Shown here one piece after another: positions 51,523-64,000 of a DNA stretch of 64,000 nucleotides. The stretch's first letter is position 1. The number at the start of each line of letters is the position of its first letter. A program made the position numbers and the translations under genes. The notes beneath the pieces were generated by a model. It made no database searches, was not told the DNA's origin, and was given only the letters and a program-made list of their open reading frames with translations. Source of the DNA: Catajapyx aquilonaris (Eukaryota); the NCBI GenBank assembly GCA_000934665.2, contig KZ538070.1, positions 1 through 64,000 of the forward strand, in the 5' to 3' direction.

Positions 51523-51563
51523 CCACTAGATGGCGCTGTAATATAATGCGTGCCATCTAGTGG
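51523..51563. promoter_or_regulatory. Inverted pair of CTCF-like motifs
   Basis: CCACTAGATGGCGC followed by GTGCCATCTAGTGG. Binding is untested. Confidence 0.5.
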
Positions 51564-54500
51564 ATTATAACATGCCGCATTGCTGTCCTTTCTTATATTT
51601 TTTAAAAAAAGAAAAATAAGCATCGTGCCTCGTGACATTTTCTTTCAATCTGAGCCGGCCATTGTCCTCTTTGGCAAGGCTGGCCCCATTGACGTAATAG
51701 AGTCATCTGCTCTAGGGGAAGGTGCAAAGTAAGAAAAGGCCGGAAAAGCTGGGACTTTGAGGGGGTAGCTAAAGACCTTTTTCCCCCTCCTAGTCCCTCC
51801 TTCCCCTGCTCTTTTGTCCACAAGCCAGTAATTTATCCCGGACTCGAAATTCCCACCTGAAAAACCTTTTGTGATTACAGGTCAGCTTTTTCAGGGACCC
51901 ACCTTTCAACCTAGTTTCTGCCACCTTTTTCTATGCTCAAGTGCATTCGAATAAAGACAAAATCAAAGAGGGGGTCCTACCTCCTCTACCATTTTTTTGT
52001 TGTTGTTTGTGCATTTTTTGGTTACGGTGGCTGTAGGTAAATCGTGGTTCGGTGGGTTGATTTTTCGAAGGGGGTACCGATATAACCGGTACCTGAGTAG
52101 TCATTCTTGTGATGTGCCATCCATCATGTCGAGGCAGCGGGTCTGACGACCTTCTAAGAATGTAGGAAGCCAGATTTTTGTATACCTTTTTTTGGGGAGA
52201 GATGACGTTAGCGGGTGTTCTTGGTATGGCAGACGATGACACTGGTTTGTAAGAAGTAGAAAGTTGCTAATGCACTTGTTTGTCATTTGGGTAGTCATGA
52301 GTCAGGGCATGATTTTTTTGTTGCGTCATAATATAATTATTGTATAGTAATAGTTGGATTTTATTGAGCTGACGTTACATGTTGCGAATGTGCAAACGTG
52401 CGCATGGTTGACATGCACGGTTGCACGACAACAACAGAAAATTCATTGCGATAATTCACCCCCATACAACATGGTTCCAACATAGTGGCCAAAAACCTGA
52501 AAATTGGCCTTAGTGCAAATGACCGGACCGGACAGGTCACCATAGTACCAACCTACAAGTTGTTCTGTCACAAAAAATAAAGCCATCACACAATTTTACC
52601 CTCTCTCATTATTCAATTACCGCCAATTGCGACACATGCCTCAAGCCATTGTTTCCACAATAATGACTTCCTTAAAAAAAGGCATCATTTGGGAAACACT
52701 ACATCAAGCATGCAAATCCCTGTCTAACCCGTGAGAGCTAGGAAACTTGAATCGAGCACTTCATATCCCACAAGCCACTTATTATGTAAAGCCCGCGGAC
52801 CATCTCCCCTTTCATGTGGCACATAAAATGGCGGCAAGCTTGAACTATGTGAATGGCTTATAAAACGCACACAATAAAGTAGCATTTCGAGAGAGGCCTT
52901 CCCCTTGATATGCGTGGTTTGAGCCAGAAGTTTGGGAGAGAACAAACGGGTAGATAAAGATGTCCAGCCATGCCTAGAGCTTGCTAGAGAAGTAGAGGAT
53001 GGAAAGGACTAAATAAAACCCACCTCATTTGAAAGTAAATAGGCGGCTGGGAGACAGGATTTGTTACTGCGGAACGAGTTGGAATAGAAGTGCTTTTTAT
53101 TAATAGCGGTTGGATGTCGTCGACTTTCCGGTTTTTTTGCATGGGACACATGCGACTGTATATAAATATTTAGAAGATTTATTCAGTGAAAAAATTCAGT
53201 CAGTGGTCGGTAGAGGAATCTTCCCACTGCTCGCGCCCTTGCATCTGTATTAAATTTAAATTTAATAAGTATCAATATACCAGGCATACAGTCACTCCCT
53301 TTAACGCTATACTATACCAAAGCTGTTCAGCACTCAAACCGGCTGCTGAGCAGCAAATTTCTGGCAAATGGTGCCTGTGAGCGGCACAATAGTGAAAATT
53401 CCTCACTCAGATAGGTATCAACGGGCCATGCAGCCCACTTCTAGTCTGCTCCACTGACACATGGCTGTGGACTGCTTTCGACATCCACCATGATGGATAG
53501 GGAGGAAGGAAAAGGTAGCTGTTCCATCATTTTTTCCAACAGCTCCTCCTCCTACCATGGATGGAAAAAGAAGCAGCTGCTTCCAAATTCAGTTTGAGAG
53601 CGGTTGCAATTACCAACCCAGACCCAGTAGGTGTCAAAAGGAGGAGGATACCCCTTATTAACTGTTCCTTAAACACCGGACAGATCCCAATTTATTTGAG
53701 AAAACCGAAGTGCATGAGTGCGTTTCCTTCAGGAAAGAAGGAGGGTTGAAATGGGCTACTTCGTCACCCCCCTCCCTTTAGACGAAACCCAGATGACCGC
53801 ATCTGTATGGGATATCGCATCCGCAATTAGGAGATAAAGATATGTTTTCTACACACTTCGTTGCAGATGAACTTATTTTCGTAGGGGTGCTTTTTGGTCG
53901 TTCCCCTTCCTCGGTTAGACGGCCAGACAGTTATTGCTTATTCGATTTTTTGGGGGAACTAACTGATAAGAAATACAATTCTGACGTTACTCATTCAGGA
54001 ATCGAATCAGCAATAACTGTCTAGAAGGATTAGAGTGAGAAGTAGCAGGTTCAGGAAGTGATAAGAACTGATTAGACAAGAGCGTTCTGTAATGTCCCTA
54101 TATGTGAGCCTCGTTGTAACAGGCCCCGTTGATTTAATACATTTGTATACGTTTTGTAATAAATTTGTACATTTTTATTTATTTATCATAAACAGCAGCA
54201 CACAGGCCACAGAAGAGTTGATGTGGGTCCCTCGTCCGTCATTTTAGGACTTTTCTAGAATATTGCGGCATATCATGTATCAGCACTCTTAGTACTCTGG
54301 ACTTGGGTTAGATACCCTCGATATACACACTATGTGTTTTATGGAGAGAGATTGGCATTATTCATTTTCATAGTAAATTTATTGCCATAAAATCTCACTA
54401 GATTCGTTGAGAACCATAAACTGGCACTGACAAACTCCATAACGTGCTGCCACTGGTGGTGGGTTAATGGAACCTCTCCGAAAATATACCGACTGAACTA

Positions 54501-57500
54501 CTGGCGGACTCCCATCATTCAGGCTGTAGTGTTGCCTCAGCCTACAGGAATCGTCCAATAGCAATGAAGTAAAAGGCAATAACAGTTTTTCCCCCTCGCA
54601 CCAAACAAGGCGCTGCTTTTACCGGCCTAATAGGCCATTAGAGGGCAAATAGTGCATTGGACCAGGGCATGGTGATTAGTAGCTCACTACCTGAAGGGCT
54701 CATTTTGAAGGGGTTTTCTACTACCAGGCAATTTTCCACCCACCCACAAGCTCATTGGTATCATTCTACCGTGTTGTCCTGTACCTTCCTGGTGTCATCC
54801 CACACACAAATCAGAGGGTCCACTACCAGCTCAATTTGCATACACCCGAGATAGTTGGCCGTCCCAAAATACAAGAGAGCTTGTAGTTAACCACAATTTA
54901 CTCTCATTGATCCCTAGTGCGGACCGAACAATGCCAGACCCCAACACAAAGGACCGGCCAGCATCAAGGGATATTCCTGCTTCATTTTTGCTAATCGATA
55001 CCATAATACCACAACTCCTATTTTTTACTAGAATTTTTTTAGACTCCCTTCTCTCCATTAGGCTCCAAAATGGCTGCTTGTTTGCTTGCGCGTGTTCAAA
55101 ATCCGGACCAAGTGGCAGTAAATGTTGGGACGTTAATCCGACGGAATCCACTTAATCCGTCAGGACACTGGGTGGTAATTGTCAAGTTGGTTCACACCAT
55201 TGTAAATGAGAAGTTGAATAGAAGATATGGAAAATATGAAACAAAAAATGGTCGTCCATTTTTGAGCCTTATGTACAGGAAGTCATGAGCAGAATATGTG
55301 GAGGAATGGGAAAGATGGGCGTGGTTGGACAGAAGGCTTTGCACGATTTTCTGGCCAGGGCATAGCGGGAAACACCTCGCCACTTCACAAATCGTGCAAG
55401 CTCCGACTAGGAATCCTAGCTCTCAAAATAGGTTTTGATTGCTCCTCTGGACAGGTTGATTGTCAGGCCCGTACAGTTATCTGATCCATCCTTTGGGATT
55501 CCCAGCCTCGTGCTTATAATGCAGTACCGCTTCACTGCTCATCGTCTTGTGAATCAACATCAAGTATTGTTGGCCATATTCACTAGGGACAGGTAGATAA
55601 ATTTATTTTATGCAGTAAAATGCATTAATTTATTCGTGTGTTTAATGCATTTGTGCATATATTGATGCACTTAAATGAATAATTTTATGCACAGCAGTTA
55701 TTAGGATATTTTAATTATTAAAATTTTGGATTTGACATTGGGATAGCCATCTTCCTGTGTAGGGTACCACCAGCTACCTGTGCAAGACTAAAGTAGCAAA
55801 CTCTAGCTTTCTTACGGCCCAGTGAAAGCATTTTGACTGGAAGCGGCACCCTTGAGAGCACAGGAAGCTTTTCGGCGGAAGTGAGGGTTAAAAGAAGATC
55901 CAGCCAATGTTGGTATAAAGTAGTCGATCTATCTTCATTACACTTCATAAGACAGGGGAGCTGGAAGACGCTCTTCCTGGTTCCAGTTAGGTTAGGCCCG
56001 GGTGTTTGGTTTGGGATATGAAAATCATCGATCTCTAGACTCTATATAGTAAGAGACAGCCGAAGGTTTTTCTCTCTCTCAGAAAATTAGTGTCTTGGAT
56101 AATAAAATTGGAGGTAAATCAGAAAACCAATAGTGGATCATAATACTGTGCTGTTTACCAGTGATGTTTGTTTATGAGACTGGGCAAATAAATAGTGGCG
56201 CGTAATCCTCTGGAGGCTGGCCATTTGAGTTGTTGATGACAATTTGCGGGCAGGATTAATTTTTAAAGGTTTAATTCGACGCAATGGCCTAGGACATAAT
56301 CCTGTTACAGAGGGTTTTCATGTGCGAATCGGCGTGTCCGGAACAAACGGGGCATGGTATGGCCCAACGATGACGTACAACCAGTCTAAATATTCATCCG
56401 GTATGCAATCAAGGGTATTTTGGAGGTTTCATACATATTGTACAAACCTTCTTACCCTTGAGAGACACAAAGGCCAGTCATTTTTATAAGAACCTGGCCA
56501 AGGTTGGGTCATCCGGAGCTTGTGGGCATTATTATGGGATTCGGCTAGGTGTGAATGCTGGCACGCACTCGAGGCCCTCCAATTATGACAGAAATGGAGC
56601 TCGTGGGAGCCATGTTTATAGCAGTGTAATTTGATATGAAAATTCGGGTGATGACGGTGATTTTCATGCACTGTCAGCCCGGTCTGATTAAAAGGTCATG
56701 TCAGTTGGGCCCGATTTCAAATGTCCCTTCTGGCCCAATTTCTGGTCTCTACACAAAAAATAACGTCTATGATGAGAGACGGTAGATGGGGTTGATTGGG
56801 GGCATGGGCGCTGCCATGTTGGTTGGTGACGTCACATCGGCCATCTTGCCTGTTTCTGTATAGAAAACGTGATGTTTCTTTTTCTTTTCCCCCCATCCAA
56901 GGCGTAATTAGTGGGAAATTTAGGGGTTAGGAGGTGGGGTCCTCACTTGGAACTGCCTCGTCACTGTCTTCTCCTGCAGGACCGACTCTGTGGGGGCGCC
57001 TGAATTACTACCTGTGTCAGAAGGAATGAATTTATTGGCGCATTAGTGGTTTAGGAGGCTGGGGAATGGAGGCGGCGTGGTCCTGCCCGCCCCCAAATGA
57101 GTGGACACCTTTATAGAGAGGTTATATCCGAAGATTTTTTGGGGAGAAGGTTACGCCCACTTGGAAGGTATTGTTATGTTTTCATCCTGGTGGGCAAGAC
57201 CCGGGCCTTTGCTAATAAAACAAGAAGGAAGGGGGTAGAGAAAGTAAAAGAAAACAAGTCTTCCGGTGTTTGCTAGGGTTACTTCTTCATCTCCTGGACA
57301 GCCTGGGTCCACTCTCATCAGTGGACAGTAGAAGAATAACATGGCGGGTGAGGGACACAAGAAAGCTCCTGATCAGTGGGGGCCATCACTAGAGCTTTTG
57401 TTTTTCCAAGGGCCTACCAACGGGGTTAATGAAGACAAACAGACTATTGGGACGAATTATGTAAACACTCGAGGGTGGCCTCCAATCGGATCGGGGCTAA

Positions 57501-58989
57501 GACCCCGAGCAAGCACTAGGGAAAATATACAGGGTGTTACCATTAAGCTGCTTATTATTAGCATGCTTGTTATGTTGTATGGACATTGGCCTGATTATTG
57601 TGCCAAAAAATGTTATTTTCAAATTTTAAACTTTAAAAAGCTTGTTAATGTGAAACATGGCTATACACCCATATGACGAGTGCAGCATATGCTCTTAACT
57701 ATAGCGGAAATGCAATTATGAGGATTCATTACTGTATGAAAATCTGGCCACATTTTTAGTATCGAAATTTTGAAAAATGGTTCGTGTAATGCACACCGGT
57801 GGTGCATAAAAATACATCCGATTTATCAAAAGAATGGACCCAAGTTACATGTTAAAAAATCCCACGCTCCGGCGATTATAACGACACCCACAGTTTTTGA
57901 AATGCAGTCTAATAATAAATAGGCCGCTGATTTTGTGGGCAGGATAACTAGGATTACATGTTTCCATCGTCACACAGCACATAACGCACGTACAGAAAAA
58001 AAACACACACACACATTCAGCCCCAGTACCCAGAGAGTATGGGGCTGGTGTAAAATATGAGCTTAGCGCCGAAAACAAAATGCAGCTTTGCACGTTCGGC
58101 AACGAGAATGTGCAATCAACGTTGGGGGAGCCGCATGCATGGTAATGTGGATGGGGACGCAGTTGCGTATGATGCGATAATTGTGCGTGCCTGTTCGCTC
58201 AGGCTCTCACTGGAGGGGGGGGGGGGGGGGNGAGAACCTTCCGGCTCATTTTAAGGAGAAAAGACCCGCTTCACAAGGGATGAAAATTTGGGTAGAAAAG
58301 CTGGTTTTGAAAGTTAACATAGGTATATGCTAAGTCCACGTGGCACATATGCAAATAAGCTAATAAATTATTTCTCATTTTATTAATTAATGTATATGTT
58401 TACAATTTAATTTGTTGGTTATTTATAAATTTACTTACACGTCTATGGTTTAATAATGATAAATTTATATGCCGTTTAATTTTAATTTAGTGATTATTTA
58501 CCCAATGCGGACTGTGCACAATTTATGAGCGAAATGCCGGTACCTGCGAAGCCCCCCAAAATTCCACCCTGATGAACCTCGTATTACATCCAGGTCATAG
58601 TGCTCGGGGATCAAAAAAAAAGGCCACCATTTTCTCTGGACGAGTGAAACGGCATGGGGCTTGCCCACCCCGGAAGCTTTAATTGGCGAAAAAAAAATAT
58701 TGAGCTTTCCTCTTCTCTTTGTTTCTCTAATTCCAGCAGTCGGAGGGGGTTGTTGGCTTATCGATTCTGTTGGTGACCCGTTCCTCCGATGTTAACCACT
58801 AGCGACTGGTTTTTTTTCCACGCAAATATTTATGGTCAAACCCCTACAAGTAACCTCTGATGTAACACGCACTGGGGATTCAAAACCATTAAAAATATGT
58901 ACATTCACCTAATGTATGGTACTGTACTTAATTATAATTTCCATTTAGCTTCCCATATTTATTCAATAGTTAAAAAATGGCACCTGAGG

Positions 58990-59220
58990 AATACTTTCAT
59001 GCACCTATCAAATATCTTTAAGCACCTATTGTGCATCTATGAATATTTTATGCACTAGTATGCATCTATAAATATTTTCATGCACTAATATGCACTTTAT
59101 CCACTAGTAAATATTTTATGCACCGATTGTGCACCAAGTGAATATATTTATGCACCGATTGTGCACCAAGTGAATATATTTATGCACCGATTGTGCACCA
59201 AGTGAATATATTTATGCACT
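58990..59220. repeat. ~31-32-bp minisatellite of the ATGCA family
   Basis: AATATATTTATGCACCGATTGTGCACCAAGTG about 3 near-perfect copies, plus degenerate upstream copies. Confidence 0.9.
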
Positions 59221-60458
59221 TTGAGTGTGTTTCAGAGGTTACAGAGAGTCACGTTTCTGTCTATATATGGAGTCGGTGTAATTGGGTTGTCGCGCTGGTT
59301 CTGGGTATAGGAAACGTACAATGTATTACATGCATGCCACCCACCCCCACGATTGAACCCGTACGAGGCCCAGCTCCGTTATACGGGTGTGATTAATTCG
59401 CGGGGTCATGCAAGTGCTCGGGAAAACCTTCACTGGTGCTGGTGCCATCATGAGTTGATTCTTCAAAGTCAAGCTACCCTGTAATTTTCAGCCAGGCTTT
59501 GAAATATTGAAGTCTGGCAAAAAGCAAAGAGGGTGGTGGGAGGGTTGGGGGGGAATTCATCTTATTTCCGCGAATGAATTGATTGCGGTAAGTGCCGGCC
59601 CATTAATAACAATGATAATAACAGGTGGTTACCGGTTAATTACGATAAATCTCGGGGCCGAGGAAATTACCCGCGTAATGAGGCGTCAAAATGGCTATAT
59701 CTACAATTGTACGAGTCAATGTACACAGCCTGGGGGAAATAAATGGTTCTAAGTGTCAGAAAAAAAATGATGGGGGGGGGGGGGGGGTNNNNNNNNNNNN
59801 NNNNNNNNNNNNNNNNNNNNNNNNNNNNNNNNNNNNNNNNNNNNNNNNNNNNNNNNNNNNNNNNNNNNNNNNNNNNNNNNNNNNNNNNNNNNNNNNNNNN
59901 NNNNNNNNNNNNNNNNNNNNNNNNNNNNNNNNNNNNNNNNNNNNNNNNNNNNNNNNNNNNNNNNNNNNNNNNNNNNNNNNNNNNNNNNNNNNNNNNNNNN
60001 NNNNNNNNGGGGGGGGCGACCCATCATTTATGCAGAGGGTGTTTATGCGGAATTCTGACTTTCGGGGGTGCTCTGTAAACTCCTGAGGATTGTGCCCACA
60101 GATAAGTGTACACAACAGTAATCGTCCCAGTTGGTACGTCTACTGAAAATGGGTATAACATGGGATATTGGGATTATTAAATTGCTAAGTTCTGTCTGCT
60201 GTGGGATGGCCTATTTGAGCTATTATTTATAGTGCAGATGTATGATTTTATTTACAGACTATTGCTAAATAAATATGAATTTTAAGTAAAATTACGAATG
60301 TCTTCATTTTTCATTTCATTTATTTAACATGTCTCATTTCACAGGGAGGGATATATGCAGAATAAATATGAAATATGAATAATAAATATGAAAGCCAAAT
60401 GGGCTTTCCCGGACTGAAAATGTTAAAGAAAATAAATAAAATGCAATTATATCAATGC

Positions 60459-60535
60459 AAAAATTAATTACACGAATTAAATAAAATTTGTAAAAATTAA
60501 TTACACGAATTAAATAAAAATTGTAAAAATTAAAT
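60459..60535. repeat. 33-bp AT-rich tandem duplication
   Basis: AAAATTAATTACACGAATTAAATAAAAWTTGTA, about 2.3 copies. Confidence 0.85.
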
Positions 60536-62039
60536 ACCGAAAAAGTAAAAGGAAGCTGTAGTTTGCACAGATGGGGTAATTGACCTCTGAAGTCATATTG
60601 CTACGTAACGCGAACCCAACCCACCCCAGGGTCACGCACCGTTCGCACCCGAGTAATTTATGGTCCCTTCCGGTCCGAATCGGTCGACACGAAACCCACA
60701 AGATATTGTATACAGGGGCGTATATATATTTTTTCTATTCTTCTTGAAGAAGATTGGTGTAAGAGGTGGGTCATCATGTCGGCGCATTTCTAAGCACACC
60801 ACCCGAGACCGACTTTGAAATTATGGCGCCGACGGAAGTGCCCAAGGGGTCATCTATATCTATTCTCCCTGCGGTTACCTGCTGGGGTCACCCCGTGCAT
60901 TTGAGGGTATAGGCCTGGGTTGATGGCTAACCCACCCATTCATTAATCCACACCCGCGCCCCCATCTTTGTTTTTAATCAAAGCGCCTGTACAGGATGTA
61001 AATAAATCTACACTGAGTTTCCACCCAGTCCATCCATCTCCAACCATTTATTTCCACGCACTAGGCAAGGTGTAAATTAGGACCATGGTGGAAAAAAAAA
61101 CTTCAAAATAGATGTTGACACCTATTCTCAAGTCTATGGACCCACACTAGGTCACTCAAAATGGCGTCGTCCTTCACAAGGCCCAATAAATGTCCCAGGA
61201 AATCAATGTCCTTTTACAGGCACATGCACAGTCCTTTCATATGCATAGATAGCGTGACTATCCAGACACATAGATTTTTTTTTCTCTATTTTTTTTTCTT
61301 CTTATCCAAGATGGCGTCTGGGTGGCAGCCATCCAGGAGCCATCCGGAGGCTCCTCGCATTTATTTCTTCTTGTGAAGGAGACGGAGGGAAAAGGCGGCG
61401 TGAATGTCGCAAATGGTAATTGATGTCCGCTTCTAGCGACGCTATTAGTCAGGGCCCTAGGAGTCTGAGTGGAAGGATGGGGGTTGCTAGGGTGGATAGG
61501 GAGGTATCTAGGCGCGGTATTCGAGCTAAATGGTTGCTAATGGTGACAGGAGGAAGATGTCGCCGGATATCCGATTCCGCTTGCAGTTACTCTTATGCAC
61601 GCGGCCAGGCGGAAAGTGCCCGCCATCTTGGTAGTTACACATTTTGTAATATTTTTTTTTTCAAGCCGTTTCTAATTGGCCGGATTTCATGGAACGCCTT
61701 TTCAGCTGGATAGGGAGGGGCCTTTCAGGTATTTCCCACCGTGGCCCGTTTTTTGGGCCTTTTTATTCTTTTTTTTTAGGAGGCCTAATGCAACTGAGAC
61801 ATGAAATCCGCCCCTTGTTTTGCGGCCATTGATCATTGGCCTGTAAGCCTGGTTGGTCGGCTAGGCCCGGTCCTGCCCTCCCCCTTTTCAAACACATGTC
61901 TTGCACTTACACGCCACTTGCTTCTTTCGACACGAGACTGTCGGTATCACACGGAATCGCAGTACTCTGACCGACTAGGGGACACCACTAACAGTGATTA
62001 TCAAATATAGTCAAATGTGGCAATAGCCAATCGCAGTTC

Positions 62040-62883
62040 AGTTTAATTTGGTTATAAAATATATTAATTATACGACAAAAATGTATTCAATTGAACATTA
62101 TTAATGAATTAAATAATTTGTCAAATTAATATTAAAATAATTTATTCCATGAGAATTATCTAATTAATAAAATAATTATTAAATTAAATTGGTAAACCCT
62201 ATTTACATAAAATTAATTTTGAATATTTGTCAAATGGCATTGTATTGATAAATTGGAACCGAAGCAGTAGTGGTGGAGTGGTATGGTGTCCGACTGCTAA
62301 TCGGGAGGTCCTGGGTTCGAATCCCGGAGGCCGGCGACCCTGATCATGGTTTTCTGTGGTTTCCCATGGTCATCGCAGGATAATTCCGGGGTCGTTACCG
62401 TAATTATAGGCCACAGCCGCTTCCTTCCTTACCTATCCTTGCCTCAATTCCGATGAAAAAGTATAGTAAAAATGGAAAGAGTTCCAGACAAAAAATTGGG
62501 AGAAATCCCCCCCTAATAAAGCCCAAAGGGCTGATAATGGGGTATCAATTATTAGTATTGATAAATTGGATTGTAGGCTGTGGGAGGGTTGACGTCACAG
62601 CAATTTAATTTATTAATAAAATATATTAATTATGCGAAATAATAATTTATTAAATTGAAAATTACTATCGATATAAGTAATTCGTTGTCAAAATTGTCGA
62701 ATTAATTAAATAAATAATTTATTCTTTGAGAATTATCGAATGAATAAAATAATTTGTTACATTAAAATTATTAACTTGAATTTGTTATCATTACATCAAA
62801 TTAATTTTTAATATTTATAAAATGGCATTATATTGAGAAATTTTCTTATTGGGTTGTATGCTGTGTGAGGGTTGACGTCACAC
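62040..62883. repeat. Diverged AT-rich tandem duplication (~260-280-bp unit); first copy interrupted by the SINE
   Basis: ATAAAATATATTAATTAT.CGA, AATAATTTATTC..TGAGAATTATC, AAATGGCATT.TATTGA.AAATT and GAGGGTTGACGTCACA each occur twice in the same order. Confidence 0.85.
62258..62554 (+). mobile_element. tRNA-derived SINE, ~297 bp, flanked by a 16-bp target-site duplication
   Basis: A-box TGGTGGAGTGG at 62271, anticodon-like arm CCGA-CTGCTAA-TCGG, B-box GGTTCGAATCC at 62314, body GGTTTTCTGTGGTTTCCC...CAGGATAATTCCGGGG...AGGCCACAGCCGCTTCCTTCC, and an ATTATTA tail. GTATTGATAAATTGGA occurs at 62242-62257 and 62555-62570. Confidence 0.88.
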
Positions 62884-64000
62884 AGGCAAGAAGTGTGTCG
62901 TAAGCTATATTTCATTGGATCCCTACATTTCCGGTTCAATCTTCAGCTACATATCCAGCCAATACAGTTGACATAAGCGGGTCCTGTCACCCCTCCCAGA
63001 GCATAGGCGACCGAACCGTCACCCCTAAATTGACGTGCACAATCCGAAAATCCTATGAGACGGGTCAGGATAATTTTTTTAACAGCTCGGAATCCTCTCT
63101 TTCATCCCAAAGCCCCCCATTGGAGGGGGAATAAGGGAGATTGGCCCCCCTGCAGCCCCTTGTAGCAATTAGGAGATGGGCATAGGGCCTGAGGGACATT
63201 CGGAGGAACAAGGTCCATGTGGATGGAAGACGCCGTACAAAAGTAGGCGGTAAGAATAGGTGATCCGCTTGTGGGGACCGCTTTTATGTATGGAGTTCAT
63301 TTAGTGAGGATACCATGTACGGCTGAGGTGTCGAAGTGGAATAAGACCTACAAATGAGGATTATCCGGCAGTACGACGCGACGCGACTATGGACAATATG
63401 TGGCAAATACATATGTAGAAAGTCGCATGAGGTACAGCTTCTTGGTGTCAAGAGAGGGACCCATGTCTAGCACTTTCTGAGTGGGCCTTTTCACGCCTGG
63501 TCTTAGCACCTCTTGACCTCTTCTGACACATGAGAAGGGCAAGTAGAAGAGGTGGTCGCTGGCTCGGCGGGGTGGGAAACATGGCTGCCAATCTGAATTA
63601 TGGCGAGTCTACGGTGTGTAGGATATCGGGTGTCTGACCCTGGCATAAGTATTATACAGTCTGAAGAGGTTCATCATTACGAGGAGGGGTTGTTCAATTT
63701 TGTAATATGTCAAAAAAGTGAGTAGGATTGGAAATAAGTGGTTCCACGTGCAGCTATACAATTGGAGTTTGTTTGGATATGTAAACAGATGGCATTGACA
63801 GCTCAACCCCGTTTCTCATCCCCGTCTGAATTGATCAAACTCTACGCAGCTTTCCATGGCATCATCTTTGGGTCTTGCAATTTCTGACGGATTTATCCGC
63901 ATGCCTGGAAAGACAAAGTGTCGGAGAGAAGACTATACAACCTCAGAGAGTATATATAGGAGCGTCGCAAGAAACAAAATCTGATGAGTCCGACCTCGGT

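Noticed and set aside
59691..60115. ORFs of 92-131 aa
   Set aside because: They span an N gap and are artefacts.
62264..62335. Functional tRNA-Ser(GCT)
   Set aside because: The acceptor stem does not pair, there is no long variable arm, and the sequence continues into a SINE body flanked by a target-site duplication.

Overview
This is animal-type (probably invertebrate) non-coding DNA, either a very large intron or a gene-poor intergenic stretch, from a gapped draft assembly. None of the listed ORFs (all 172 aa or shorter) resembles a protein family I recognise, and several are just translations of tandem repeats. I see no prokaryotic operon, rRNA, intact tRNA or CRISPR array. What the sequence does support: (i) a complete tRNA-derived SINE with a 16-bp target-site duplication and an adjacent empty paralogous site; (ii) several palindromic MITE-like elements, two of them sharing CATAG...CTATG ends; (iii) many minisatellites and 140-215-bp tandem repeats, some with higher-order structure or an invariant core; (iv) apparent enrichment of CTCF-like and YY1-like motifs, including two closely spaced inverted CTCF-like pairs; (v) two candidate + strand micro-exons. 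I could not identify a convincing new biological system. The strongest leads are repeat-borne regulatory motifs and the invariant-core repeat. All alignments and counts were done by eye.
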